Shown: piece by piece, positions 46,826-56,805 of the stretch
How the letters are laid out: each line of letters opens with the position of its first letter
How positions within the stretch are numbered: the stretch's first letter is position 1
Origin: Deltaproteobacteria bacterium
GTDB lineage: Bacteria > JAGRBM01 > JAHCIT01
Length of the DNA: 64,000 nt
Assembly (NCBI GenBank): GCA_026129095.1
Contig: JAHCIT010000003.1
Location: 124,001 to 188,000, forward strand
Direction of reading: 5' to 3'
Translations under genes and position numbers: made by a program
The notes under the pieces: model-generated
Database searches by the model: none
The model's input: only the letters and a program-made list of their open reading frames with translations
Told to the model about the DNA's origin: nothing

Positions 46826-48391
46826 ATGGTTCGTACCGGATGCTGGCCATGGAACTGGATGGTCGCAGCACTGGCCGTATTGGGTTCGCCTGTCCCCGTG
46901 GTAGCCGCGGATACTGGGGAATCCGAAACCCAGATCAGCCGTTATGGATGTGAATACGATAGGGGTATTCGCTGCACTTCCCGCGATGGCGAGCAGGAAA
47001 TCCGGCTTAATTTTCTGGCCCAGTTCCGGTTTACCGGACTGTTCGCCAGCGGCGGACAGACTGCTCCCGCGTCCGCCGCTCCGGTGGTGGACGGAAACTA
47101 CTTCGGTTTCGGGGAAGCCCGGGGCCGGTTCATGGCCGAAGGCCAGATCATCCCCAGCCTCCGGTACCGGTTTTTTGCCGAATGCGCTACGGGGAACAAC
47201 TGCGAGGCCGACCAGATGTGGGGTGACTGGCGCATCGGTTCCGCCGGTGGCGTGATGTTCGGACAGATGAAGCGGTTCGTGACGCTCCAGCACTCCTTGA
47301 GTCCCCTGAATCTTGCGTTCGCCGATGAAGCTACGTTTACGCAAATCGCCGGAGCGGGGCTCGGCCTTGGAATCCGGCCTTATGCCGAACTGGGGCCGGT
47401 GCGCCTCAGCCTGGAAATCATGAACGACAGCGCCTTTCTGGGCGGCGCAAACCGTATAAATGGTGATTTTGACGGCCTTCACTACACGCTGGGGCTGGAC
47501 GTCCGTCTGGCCGGGGAGTCTTTCGACTGGGACCAGATTGACCAGAGGCGGGGCGACCTGTCGGTCCAGTTTCGCGGCTGGTTTGCGTGGGAAACCATCA
47601 GGGGCCGGGATGTGCCATCGGTCGATTTCGGAGGGGGGAGGGTGGTCAATCTCCGGGATAACCTGGAGCGGGATACGGCCAATCCGATCAGTCCGACCTG
47701 CCACCGTTACTTCGTATTGTCGAGCCTTCTGCGCGGCCGGCAGATCTGCACGGGCGTGGAGTTCCCGGAGGCTTTCTGGAACCGGTACTACGGCGGTGGC
47801 AACTCGATGGCGCACAGTAGCACCGGAGCCGCCCTGCTGGCACGGCTCAGGGGACTCTCGCTTCTTCTGGAGTCCAACTACCGGAGGTACGAGTTCGCCC
47901 ACACCAGTCAGGGATTCGATGATTTCGCATGGCTGCTGGAAGCGGGATACCTGTTCCCCGGCGGGTTCAACCTTGCCGGCCGGTTTGAGCAGGCGATCTT
48001 TTCGGATGGCCCGTTTCAGGCGCTGGTGGCAGGGCGAGATCCGGTTTGCGCCGCAAGTTCCGCAGCACCCTTGGCTGCCTGTCCGCATGCGGTTCCCGGT
48101 GCCCCCCGTAATACGACGTTTACGGGCTTTTATTCGTGGGGGTTCGCCCTGAGTTACCTGCTACGGGGGCATGACCTGAAAGTGACCGCTGATTACCTGC
48201 ACTATGAACTACCCTGGCGGGCAGCCGACCCAATCAGTCCGCTTCCAGGGGGCGGGTACGGCTATCCCCGAGCCGTTGAAACCTCCCTCATGCGGCTTCC
48301 TTCCACCGGAAAGTCCCGCATCCAGCGGTTCGGCCTGTCGGGTGATTCCAGCCCCGAGATGATACGTATCCAGGTGCAGGTGGTCCTTTAG
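46826..48391 (+). CDS. Outer-membrane porin-like protein (distant OprO/OprP-like)
   Basis: Signal-peptide-like start; QFRF, FGQMK...S...L.F pattern; alternating amphipathic strands; C-terminal strand IRIQVQVVL. Confidence 0.6.
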   Translation: MVRTGCWPWNWMVAALAVLGSPVPVVAADTGESETQISRYGCEYDRGIRCTSRDGEQEIRLNFLAQFRFTGLFASGGQTAPASAAPVVDGNYFGFGEARGRFMAEGQIIPSLRYRFFAECATGNNCEADQMWGDWRIGSAGGVMFGQMKRFVTLQHSLSPLNLAFADEATFTQIAGAGLGLGIRPYAELGPVRLSLEIMNDSAFLGGANRINGDFDGLHYTLGLDVRLAGESFDWDQIDQRRGDLSVQFRGWFAWETIRGRDVPSVDFGGGRVVNLRDNLERDTANPISPTCHRYFVLSSLLRGRQICTGVEFPEAFWNRYYGGGNSMAHSSTGAALLARLRGLSLLLESNYRRYEFAHTSQGFDDFAWLLEAGYLFPGGFNLAGRFEQAIFSDGPFQALVAGRDPVCAASSAAPLAACPHAVPGAPRNTTFTGFYSWGFALSYLLRGHDLKVTADYLHYELPWRAADPISPLPGGGYGYPRAVETSLMRLPSTGKSRIQRFGLSGDSSPEMIRIQVQVVL

Positions 48392-48398
48392 GCATCAC

Positions 48399-50177
48399 AT
48401 GAGTTCCGTGACAGGAAAGCGCTGGGTGCTTCCCGCCCCCGTGGACTACCAGCTTGTCCGGTCGCTGGAGGCCGAGTTCCCGCTTCACCGGTTGCTGATC
48501 GAGATACTGGTCCGCCGGGGCGTGAGCGATCCGGTCGCCGTGGACCGGTTCATTCACCCCCGGCTGGAGCATCTGCACGATCCGTTTCTCCTGCCGGGCA
48601 TGGAAGCCGCAGTGAGCAGGGTTGTCCGTGCGGTTAGCGGGGGGGAACAGATTTCGGTCTTTGGCGATTATGACGTGGACGGCGTGACGTCCACCGCGTT
48701 GCTGCTCCGGTTTTTCCGCGCCATTGGCGCGAAGACAGACTTTTTCATTCCGCACCGGAGCCACGATGGCTACGGACTCAGCATGGATGCATTGAAGGAG
48801 GCCCGTAACAGGGGCACGTCCGTGGTTATTACGGTTGATAACGGGATTGCGGACGTGGAGGAGGTGGCCTGGGCCCAGGCGAACGGGATTGACATGATCG
48901 TGACCGATCACCATCAGGTTCCGGAAAGTGCGCCGGTGGCCCATGCGGTTGTCAATCCGCATCTGGAAGGCAGCCAGTTCCCGTTCCCGCTTCTGTGCGG
49001 CTGCGGCGTGGCGTTCAATCTGGCGATGGCGGTTCGCCGCAGGCTCCGCGATCAGGGATATTTTACTGCCGGGCGGGAGCCCCCCAACCTGAAGGATCTG
49101 ATCCCCTATGCTGCGTTGGGCACGGTGGCCGATGTGGTCCCCCTGACCGACGAAAACCGGATATTCGTCAAATACGGGCTCCAGATGATGGAGAAAACCG
49201 CTGATCCCGGCCTTAAGGCGCTCATTCAGGTGTCTGGCGCCGATGGCCGGGAACTGTCGGCACGGGATATCGGCTTTGGGCTGGCTCCACGTCTGAATGC
49301 CGCCGGCCGGATGTCATTCGCCCGTGACGGTGTTGAACTGCTCACCACAACAGATGAGGAGAAAGCGCGGGAGCTGGCACGCATCCTGAATGACCAGAAT
49401 TCCGAACGCCGGTCGGTGGAGGCCCAGATCCTGACCGAAGCGGTGGAACTGGTCGAGGCCAACGGGCTGCTCCGCGACCGCAAGGCGATTGTCGTCTGGA
49501 AAGAGGGATGGCACCCGGGAGTCATCGGTATCGTCGCTGCACGGCTGGTGGACAAATATTACCGGCCTACAGTGGTGCTGGCCGTTGAAGACGGAAAGGC
49601 TAAGGGATCATGCCGGACCATTCCGACCTATAACATTTACGAGGGCCTCCGGTTCGCCCACCAGCCGGGCTCCGGGGCAACGCATGGCGAAGGACTTTTC
49701 GAGAGTTTCGGGGGACACAAGTTCGCGGCGGGACTGACGCTGGAAACAGGGAGGTTGTCGCTTTTCTATGACCGGCTGGACCAGAACGTCCGCAAATGGA
49801 CGAGCGAGGAAAGTTTCACGCCGGAACTGCGTGCCGATGCCGTGATCAACGTGAATGATGTCACGCCTGAGCTGGTGCACGAACTGGCCCGGCTGAAACC
49901 GTTCGGAGTCATGAACGAACCGCCGGTCTTTATAGTGCAGGGTGGGCAGATCCGCTGGCCGAAAGTCCTGAAAGAAGCTCACCTCAAGTTCCGGCTGTCA
50001 GACCCCACTGGCCGCTCGGTGGACGTAATCGGATTCAGGATGGGAGAGGGCATTGATGCGGCGGATATGAATGGCCGGGCTGCTGAAGTGGCCGGGTATC
50101 TCGAACTGAACCACTATCCCCCGGATAACCCGTCGCCATCGGTGCAGATACGGATGCTGGATTACCGCCTGTCCTGA
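48399..50177 (+). CDS. recJ: ssDNA-specific exonuclease RecJ
   Basis: GDYDVDG, ITVDNG, TDHH, GTVADV, PRLNAAGR, HPGVIGIVA, GGHKFAAG, L.PFG..N. Confidence 0.97.
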   Translation: MSSVTGKRWVLPAPVDYQLVRSLEAEFPLHRLLIEILVRRGVSDPVAVDRFIHPRLEHLHDPFLLPGMEAAVSRVVRAVSGGEQISVFGDYDVDGVTSTALLLRFFRAIGAKTDFFIPHRSHDGYGLSMDALKEARNRGTSVVITVDNGIADVEEVAWAQANGIDMIVTDHHQVPESAPVAHAVVNPHLEGSQFPFPLLCGCGVAFNLAMAVRRRLRDQGYFTAGREPPNLKDLIPYAALGTVADVVPLTDENRIFVKYGLQMMEKTADPGLKALIQVSGADGRELSARDIGFGLAPRLNAAGRMSFARDGVELLTTTDEEKARELARILNDQNSERRSVEAQILTEAVELVEANGLLRDRKAIVVWKEGWHPGVIGIVAARLVDKYYRPTVVLAVEDGKAKGSCRTIPTYNIYEGLRFAHQPGSGATHGEGLFESFGGHKFAAGLTLETGRLSLFYDRLDQNVRKWTSEESFTPELRADAVINVNDVTPELVHELARLKPFGVMNEPPVFIVQGGQIRWPKVLKEAHLKFRLSDPTGRSVDVIGFRMGEGIDAADMNGRAAEVAGYLELNHYPPDNPSPSVQIRMLDYRLS

Positions 50178-50181
50178 AAGC

Positions 50182-50778
50182 TCAACGGCCGGTCAGTTCT
50201 GTCCAGATATATTCGACCTGCTGCCGGGTATTTTCCATGCTGCCGGAGTTGTCGATCACGTAGTCGGCCAGTTTGGCCTTCTCGTCCACTGGCATCTGGG
50301 ACCGGATTTTCTGATCGGCCTCGTCACGGGAAATGCCGTCCCGTTCCATGAGCCGCTTGACCTGGATTTCAGGGTCGGCACGGACGACGATCAGTTTTTC
50401 ACCGAACTTCGCCTGACCGGTCTCCACGAGCAGTGCCGCATCATAGATCAGGTAATCCGTCCCCCGGGCCCGTTCTTCCTGTAACCGCCGGGCGGTCTCC
50501 AGTCCTATGCGGGGATGGAGAATCGAATTCAGTCTGCGTCGCTTCGTTTCGTCGCCGAACACGATTCGCCCCAGTTCCGGCCGGTCAAGGGTCCCGTCGG
50601 GCAGGAGTACTTCTTCACCAAATACCCGCACGATGTCCGCAAGACCGTCGGTGCCGGGTTTCACGACATCGCGGGCCACGTGGTCGGCGTCAATAATCCG
50701 GGCACCCAGCTTTTCGAACATGGCAGTTACGGTTGATTTGCCGCAGGCGATTCCGCCGGTAAGTCCGAATATATGCAT
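50182..50778 (-). CDS. coaE: Dephospho-CoA kinase
   Basis: GLTGGIACGKSTV, IDAD, LDR..LG..VF, ILHP, RLMERDG, SQM, IDNSG. Confidence 0.97.
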   Translation of the reverse strand: MHIFGLTGGIACGKSTVTAMFEKLGARIIDADHVARDVVKPGTDGLADIVRVFGEEVLLPDGTLDRPELGRIVFGDETKRRRLNSILHPRIGLETARRLQEERARGTDYLIYDAALLVETGQAKFGEKLIVVRADPEIQVKRLMERDGISRDEADQKIRSQMPVDEKAKLADYVIDNSGSMENTRQQVEYIWTELTGR

Positions 50779-50934
50779 GAGGCGGTGCAATTCCTTGCGT
50801 ACAGAGATGGGAGCCGGTCTTTTACCGCGCTGCGGCAGGGAAGAAAAGTATTCGTCTGGCCCGGTCCGTTTGCAGTTTGCTATGCTTCCCAAAATACGTT
50901 GCTTCAACGATACGGTTACAGGTAAATCTGGACA

Positions 50935-52425
50935 GTGCCAGCATCCAGTCCGCTCAAATTCCCGCCGTCTCCGTCGCTGGAGAACGGCCAGATCGGGGAT
51001 ATGACCATCCCGCTGCTCTTGGTAGGCCTGCGCGCCCAGGGAGCGACCGGTGTCCTCACGATCGAACGTCCCGGCCAGATCAAGACCATTTATATCTCCA
51101 GGGGCCTGCCGGTCGGAGTCGCCTCGAACCAGCGCCATGAGCAGCTCGGAGCATTCCTGCTGGAGGAAGGGAAGATATCCCTTGCTGACTTTCGGGCCGC
51201 AACGGAGCTGATACAGGAAAAACAGATGAAGCAGGGTGAGGCGTTCATCCTGCTCGGCAAGCTCACTTCAGCCGAGGTTTATCAGGCGCTGGAACGGCAG
51301 GCGCGGTTCCGCATTCTCGATGTTTTCGGATGGGATACCGGCCACTATGCCTTCAGCACGAATGACAGTTTCTGGAACGACATAACGGCTGTCGATCTCC
51401 CCTTTCTGGAGGTTCTCGCCGAGGGTATGCGCCGGACTTATGGTTTCACACGGCTGGCCCGGCTGTTCGACGGTCTGGAGAAGACCTATTTTTCCCTGGA
51501 AGAGCGTTTCGTAGGCGAGGGAGGCTGGACTGGGCTTCAGGACCGGGAACTCCGGCTGCTGCCTTCGATCAATGGCACCCGCACGCTGGTCGATCTGGCG
51601 GCCCTGCCGGGGGTGGACTTGCGGCTGCTTTTCCCGCTGCTTGCCTACCTGGCGCTGGGTGGCTGGCTGAAGGGTGCGCCGGCTCCGGCCGAGACGTTCG
51701 TAATGGATGGAACGCCAGCGGCGGCGGCTTCCAGCACCAGTCCGAAAGACATGGAAATGCGGAACGTCATCCTGGAAAACTACATCCGTGTCAAGGCGTA
51801 CAACTACTACCGCCTTCTGGGAGTTACCCCGGCAGCGACGCCGGAACAGATCCAGCAGGCGTATGAAAAACTGTCGCAAAAATACGATCCAGCCAGATAC
51901 ACGCAATACGATCTTGGTCCCATGCGGGCCCGGCTTTTCGAGATTTATGCCAAGATAGAGACTGCCTCCCAGACACTTCGGGATACAAACCGGCGGGCCA
52001 GTTATGACCTGTTCCTCAAGCGAAATGAGGAAGCGTTTGAATCGGATCGCCGGCAGCGTTTCTCGGCGGAGATCGAATTTACGCTGGGCCGAGAGCACCT
52101 GGAAAAGGGGCGGCTCCCCACCGCTCTCCAGCATTTGTCCCGTGCTGCCGACCTGAACCCCCGGCAGCCGGACTATCTGAGCGGGCTTGCCAGTGCATAT
52201 ATGAAATCAGAACCGCCGCAGGTAGTTGAAGCCAAGACCCGGCTTGCTGCGGCTCTTGAACTGGACCCTCACCATTTCCGTTCGATCGTGGAACTGGGCA
52301 AGGTATACCAGTACGAGGGGAGAACCGAGATGGCCAGAAAGATGTATGAATCCGCTGATCGGATCCGGCCAGAGACGCCAGAGGTGACGGGGCTTCTTCG
52401 GCAGGTATCGGCCAAAAGTGCCTGA
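50935..52425 (+). CDS. DUF4388-like domain + J-like domain (no HPD) + TPR protein
   Basis: ATGVLTIE...KTIYI..G.P....SN...E.LG..L; NYYRLLGV...A....I..AY..L..KYDP; TPR helices. Confidence 0.8.
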   Translation: MPASSPLKFPPSPSLENGQIGDMTIPLLLVGLRAQGATGVLTIERPGQIKTIYISRGLPVGVASNQRHEQLGAFLLEEGKISLADFRAATELIQEKQMKQGEAFILLGKLTSAEVYQALERQARFRILDVFGWDTGHYAFSTNDSFWNDITAVDLPFLEVLAEGMRRTYGFTRLARLFDGLEKTYFSLEERFVGEGGWTGLQDRELRLLPSINGTRTLVDLAALPGVDLRLLFPLLAYLALGGWLKGAPAPAETFVMDGTPAAAASSTSPKDMEMRNVILENYIRVKAYNYYRLLGVTPAATPEQIQQAYEKLSQKYDPARYTQYDLGPMRARLFEIYAKIETASQTLRDTNRRASYDLFLKRNEEAFESDRRQRFSAEIEFTLGREHLEKGRLPTALQHLSRAADLNPRQPDYLSGLASAYMKSEPPQVVEAKTRLAAALELDPHHFRSIVELGKVYQYEGRTEMARKMYESADRIRPETPEVTGLLRQVSAKSA

Positions 52426-52535
52426 TGCAAAAAGCTGTGTATGTGTGCCGGGGGAACGGCCAGACTGCTTGAAAAATCAGGGGCTTACTGCTTAATAACT
52501 CATTTGCGGCGAAGATTGTGGACCAGATTGAAACC

Positions 52536-53261
52536 ATGAGTGATCCCAAAACAGAGCTTCTCAAGCAGGCAGCGGACCTGAAGGCCCGGATCGGCAAGAC
52601 AAGCCATTATGAGGTATTCGGTATTCCGGACACGGCTTCGACCGGAGATATCAAGAAGGCCTACTTCAAGTTCGTCAAGACGTTTCACCCTGACTCGCTG
52701 GTGGGGATGACACTGTCGGCCGACGAGATGTCCCTGGTGCGGAGTGTATTCTCCAAGCTGACGGAGATTCACGACTCCCTCACCGATACGGAGAAGCGCA
52801 AGGAATACGACGAGCTACTGAAGACCGGCGTCGTGGACGAGCAAGCGATTGTTGAAAAGGCCAACCGTATCCTCAAGAGCGAACTGGAGTTCCAGAAGGG
52901 CGAGATTCTGGTCCGGCGCGGCAAGTTTCCGGAAGCAATCGAGTATCTGCGCTCGGCGGTCAAGCTGGCCCCGGACGAGGCCGACAACTGGGCCGTGCTT
53001 GCATGGGCGACCTATTCGCTGCGGGAAGGATCCAAGGATGCCAACCGCGCCAAGGGGCGGAAATACCTCGAAAAGGCCTTTCAATTGAAACCGGATAGTT
53101 TCCGGGCCCACTACTACCAGGGCCTCATCTGCAAGATTGACGGGAACAAGTCGCTGGCGCTGACCCACCTGAAGCGGGCATATGAACTGGATCCCACGCA
53201 CGAACAGTGCCGGATCGAGTTCGTCCGGCTGGGTGGCAAGACCAAGCCGGGCGCGGCCTGA
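52536..53261 (+). CDS. J-domain + TPR protein
   Basis: SHYEVFGI...A...DIKKAYFK..K.FHPD, L.D.EKRKEYD; TPR repeats. Alternative GTG start at 52518. Confidence 0.85.
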   Translation: MSDPKTELLKQAADLKARIGKTSHYEVFGIPDTASTGDIKKAYFKFVKTFHPDSLVGMTLSADEMSLVRSVFSKLTEIHDSLTDTEKRKEYDELLKTGVVDEQAIVEKANRILKSELEFQKGEILVRRGKFPEAIEYLRSAVKLAPDEADNWAVLAWATYSLREGSKDANRAKGRKYLEKAFQLKPDSFRAHYYQGLICKIDGNKSLALTHLKRAYELDPTHEQCRIEFVRLGGKTKPGAA

Positions 53262-53269
53262 AACGGTGA

Positions 53270-54613
53270 TTACGTCCCGGCTACGCTGGCCTTTGAAACG
53301 AGCAGGCTTGGACTGCCGACGCCGTTGACAAAACGCATGTCGTTGCCCAGTGCCTCGACCCGCAGGAACAGGTCGAACAGGTTTCCGCTGATAACCATTC
53401 CGTTGAAGGGCCCGGCCCGCCGGCCGTTTTCCACCACGAACCCCGAGCAGCCCAGGGAGAACTCACCGCTCACGGGGTTTGCCGTGTGGACTCCTGCCAG
53501 ATCGGTAATGAACAGGCCGTTCCGCAGCTCGCTCAGCAGGTCTTTCAGGGAAAAACTGCCGCGGCGGATGTAGCAGTTCGATATCCCGACGGAAGGCCCC
53601 GACTGGAAACCGGCCGACCGGGTGCAGTTCCCGGTCGATTTCGTGCCTGCCTTGGCGGCCGTATAGGTGTCATACAGGAAATTTTCGAGGATACCCTCGC
53701 GGACCAGCGTGGTCTTCTGGCGGGGGACTCCTTCATCGTCGAAGGGGAACGTCCCGGTGCCCTTGGGCAGCAGGCCGTTGTCGTAGATCGTGATCAGCGG
53801 GCTGAACACCTTCTTGCCGACCTTGCTGTCGAGCCATGACCGCTTTTTCTGGACCGAATCGGCGCAGAAGCTGGGGGTCAGCACGCCCAGCATTTCGCAT
53901 GCCGCCAGGGCATCGAGTACGACCGGCCCCGTGCGGGAGGGGATGGGCTTTGCGCCAAGCTGCTCCACGGCGTTCAGGGCTGCCTTCCGGGCCACCCGGC
54001 CGGGATTCAGGTCTTCCATGAACCGGCTTTCGACGAAATCGTAGCCGACCTGCGAATCCCCCGATGTCTCGGCCACGGCCATGACGCTCAGGACCGACTG
54101 GACGCATTCGGCCTCCCGGCGGACGCCTTCGGAGTTCCAGATCGTCACGGTGCGGCGGGCCTCGTGATACTGGGCATTGCGGACGCGGGTAATGCGGCGG
54201 TCGCTCCGGCGGGTCATGCTCTCGAGCTGGAGCGCCAGGTCCACCTTGTCCTTGTCGGACAGGGCGGCAAGCGCGGGATCGATCAGCTCCAGATCGTTCG
54301 CCGGGATGGGCGTGTTCGGGGCGACCTTGGCGAATTCGTCCGGAGACGATGCCTTGGCCGCACCGACGGCGGCATCCACGGCGCTTTTCAGCGCCGGCTT
54401 GCCGAAATCAGTGGTGTAGGCGAATCCGACGGCGCCCTTGTGAACGGCGCGCACGCCAAGCCCGTGGGAAACCGCCTTGGAAAGCGACTCAACCGCATTG
54501 TCCCTTGCCTCGGCCTTGATGGTCTGCGACTGGTCCAGGTACAGATCCCACCCGGCCAGCTTCTTGGTCTTTAGCTGGCGGGCCACGTCGTTCAGTAGTC
54601 GTTGTGCGTTCAC
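53270..54613 (-). CDS. pmbA: TldD/PmbA family protein (PmbA/TldE-like)
   Basis: GLGVR...G..GFAYT, FDDEGVP, G.L..FLYD.Y.A, STGN, NPVSGEFS, GNL; no HExxH. Confidence 0.85.
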   Translation of the reverse strand: MNAQRLLNDVARQLKTKKLAGWDLYLDQSQTIKAEARDNAVESLSKAVSHGLGVRAVHKGAVGFAYTTDFGKPALKSAVDAAVGAAKASSPDEFAKVAPNTPIPANDLELIDPALAALSDKDKVDLALQLESMTRRSDRRITRVRNAQYHEARRTVTIWNSEGVRREAECVQSVLSVMAVAETSGDSQVGYDFVESRFMEDLNPGRVARKAALNAVEQLGAKPIPSRTGPVVLDALAACEMLGVLTPSFCADSVQKKRSWLDSKVGKKVFSPLITIYDNGLLPKGTGTFPFDDEGVPRQKTTLVREGILENFLYDTYTAAKAGTKSTGNCTRSAGFQSGPSVGISNCYIRRGSFSLKDLLSELRNGLFITDLAGVHTANPVSGEFSLGCSGFVVENGRRAGPFNGMVISGNLFDLFLRVEALGNDMRFVNGVGSPSLLVSKASVAGT

Positions 54614-54628
54614 TTTGCTCCTGCTTGC

Positions 54629-55120
54629 TTACACTTCGAGAATGACGGCGACTTCGTCGCACTCCAACAGTTTGGGACACTTGAGACAGTCCTTCCAGAC
54701 CTTGTGAGGCAGAAAAGTCTTGTCCACTCTCCGGAACCGGAAATGCTCGAACAGTTCAGGCTTGCGGGTAAGGGCGAAAACCTCCCCGATCCTGAGCGTC
54801 CGGGCCTCGGCGATTACCGCCCGGAGCAGTTCGCCGCCGACGCCGCACCCCCGCCATTCCGGTTCCACGCAGAAACTGCGGACCTCGGCCAGATCCCACG
54901 TATAGACGTGCAGGGCGACGGTTCCGACAGTCTGCCCGTCGCTCCGGCGGGCGACGAAAAAATCGCGCAGCGATTCATAGATCGAATCCTTGTCGACGGG
55001 AAGCAGTTCGTTGCTGGCCGCTTCCCTCGCAATGAGGGCATGTATGGCGTCCACATCGTCTGTCGTGGGGCGCTCGATCCGGACGGCCGGGACCGGTTTC
55101 AGTTGCCCGCCTGTTTCCAT
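54629..55120 (-). CDS. argA: GNAT acetyltransferase, short-type amino-acid N-acetyltransferase (ArgA-like)
   Basis: IYESLRDF, WDLAEVRS..V....RG.GVG, VFALT, LPHKVWKDCLKCPK...CDE. Confidence 0.8.
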   Translation of the reverse strand: METGGQLKPVPAVRIERPTTDDVDAIHALIAREAASNELLPVDKDSIYESLRDFFVARRSDGQTVGTVALHVYTWDLAEVRSFCVEPEWRGCGVGGELLRAVIAEARTLRIGEVFALTRKPELFEHFRFRRVDKTFLPHKVWKDCLKCPKLLECDEVAVILEV

Positions 55121-56790
55121 TCCTGCAGCATCTCTCTGGCGGCCGTCCGTGTCGATACGGCCGCGCTCTCGCCTCCAAGCATCCTGGCCAGTTCCTCCAC
55201 CCGCTCATCATAGCCGAGTTTGGCGGCCGTTACCTCCGAGCGTCCCTTCCGGACCTGTTTTTCGATCCGGATGTGATGGTCGGCCCGCCCGGCGATCTGG
55301 GGCAGGTGTGTAACACATAGAATCTGGACTTTCCCGGCCAGTTTGCGGATCTGAGCACCCACGCGGTCAGCCGTGACCCCGCCTATGCCGGCGTCCACTT
55401 CGTCCAGGACCAGTGTCGTTGCCGGATCAGGGCGGGTCCGGGCCAGCCGGACGGCCAGCATCACCCGCGAAAGCTCTCCGCCCGAGGCGACCTTGGCCAG
55501 CGGCTTGGGAGGTTCGCCCGGATTGGCCGAAAACAGGAACTCCGCCCGGTCCTGGCCCCCCGGCCCCGGTTGGGGGGCAGCGGCCAGCTCCACGCGGAAA
55601 TCGGCCTGGCGGAAATGGAGCTGTTCCAACTCCTTCCGGATCGAGACGGCCAGATCCCGCGCCGCCTTCCGGCGGGCTTCTGACAGCTTCCCGGCTGCCG
55701 TTTCGTAGGCTTTCCGGGCCCGGGCGATCTCCCCGTCGAGCTTGCCGGTGACAGCTTCATGGTTTTCCAGCCGGTCCCGTTCTTCGCGGAGGGCTCCAGT
55801 CCGGGCGATCACTTCCGTAACCGTCCCGCCGTGCTTGCGACAGAGGCGGTCGATCAGGGCCAGTCGGGTTTCAATCTCGTCCAGCCGGGCCGACAGTTCC
55901 GAGGGGGACATCCGGAGCGTGTCCAACCGCCGTTCCAGTTCCCGGCCGAGGTCGTCCAGCTCGATCGCCAGGTCCGACATGCGGCGGGCCAGAGGCTCCA
56001 GCGCCGGATCCCCCTCGGCCAGCGGCTTCAGGCTTTCGGCGATCCGGCTCAGGGCGGCCCCTGCCGGCTGGTCGCCTTCCAGGAGGAACTCCACGCCACC
56101 GGATACCAGCCGGACCATCTTTTCCAGCGAGAGAAGCTGGCGCTTTTCGGCCTTCAGCCGGTCGTCCTCGCCCGGCGAGAGTTCGGCGTCTTCCAGTTCC
56201 CTGAGAACGAAATTGAGATAGTCGAGGCGGTCAGCCCGTCCGGCAGCGGCCGTGGCGAGCGCGGCCTTTTCCGTCTCCAGCTTTCTGAAGGCTTCCCACG
56301 TCTGGGCGGTTTCGGCCAGCAGCACGTTCGTCCCGGCTATTTCGTCCAGCAGGTCGAGCTGGGAGTCCGGGTCCATCAGCGACTGGTGTTCATGCTGCGA
56401 TACGACGGCGATGAGATGGGCAGAAATGGCGGCCAGGGTGCCGACCGTGACGGAGTGGTCAGCGATCACCACACGGGATTTGCCATCCCGCCTGACCGAC
56501 CGGCGGATGATGAGATCTTCGTCCCCATCGGGAGCGATCTCCTGCTGTTCCAGCAGGCGGCGAAGCCCGCCGGACGCGGGAATTTCGAAGCGGGCTTCGA
56601 CAGTCGCCTCGTCGGCGCCGGTACGTACAAGATCGGCCGATCCGCGGCTGCCCCAGAGGAGCTTGAGCGCCTCGACCAGCAGGGATTTCCCCGCTCCGGT
56701 TTCGCCAGTGAGCACCGTCAGGCCCGGACCGAGTTCCAGCTCGACCGAGTCCACGATGGCGAGGTTCTTGAGCCGGAGGCCCAGCAGCAT
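55099..56790 (-). CDS. recN: DNA repair protein RecN
   Basis: LTGETGAGKS, QHEHQ, FSANPGE, KVASGGELSR, DEVDAGIGG, CVTHLPQIA, ELARMLGG; follows nadK. Confidence 0.97.
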   Translation of the reverse strand: MLLGLRLKNLAIVDSVELELGPGLTVLTGETGAGKSLLVEALKLLWGSRGSADLVRTGADEATVEARFEIPASGGLRRLLEQQEIAPDGDEDLIIRRSVRRDGKSRVVIADHSVTVGTLAAISAHLIAVVSQHEHQSLMDPDSQLDLLDEIAGTNVLLAETAQTWEAFRKLETEKAALATAAAGRADRLDYLNFVLRELEDAELSPGEDDRLKAEKRQLLSLEKMVRLVSGGVEFLLEGDQPAGAALSRIAESLKPLAEGDPALEPLARRMSDLAIELDDLGRELERRLDTLRMSPSELSARLDEIETRLALIDRLCRKHGGTVTEVIARTGALREERDRLENHEAVTGKLDGEIARARKAYETAAGKLSEARRKAARDLAVSIRKELEQLHFRQADFRVELAAAPQPGPGGQDRAEFLFSANPGEPPKPLAKVASGGELSRVMLAVRLARTRPDPATTLVLDEVDAGIGGVTADRVGAQIRKLAGKVQILCVTHLPQIAGRADHHIRIEKQVRKGRSEVTAAKLGYDERVEELARMLGGESAAVSTRTAAREMLQEWKQAGN

Positions 56791-56805
56791 TGGATAACTG
56801 TCCTG

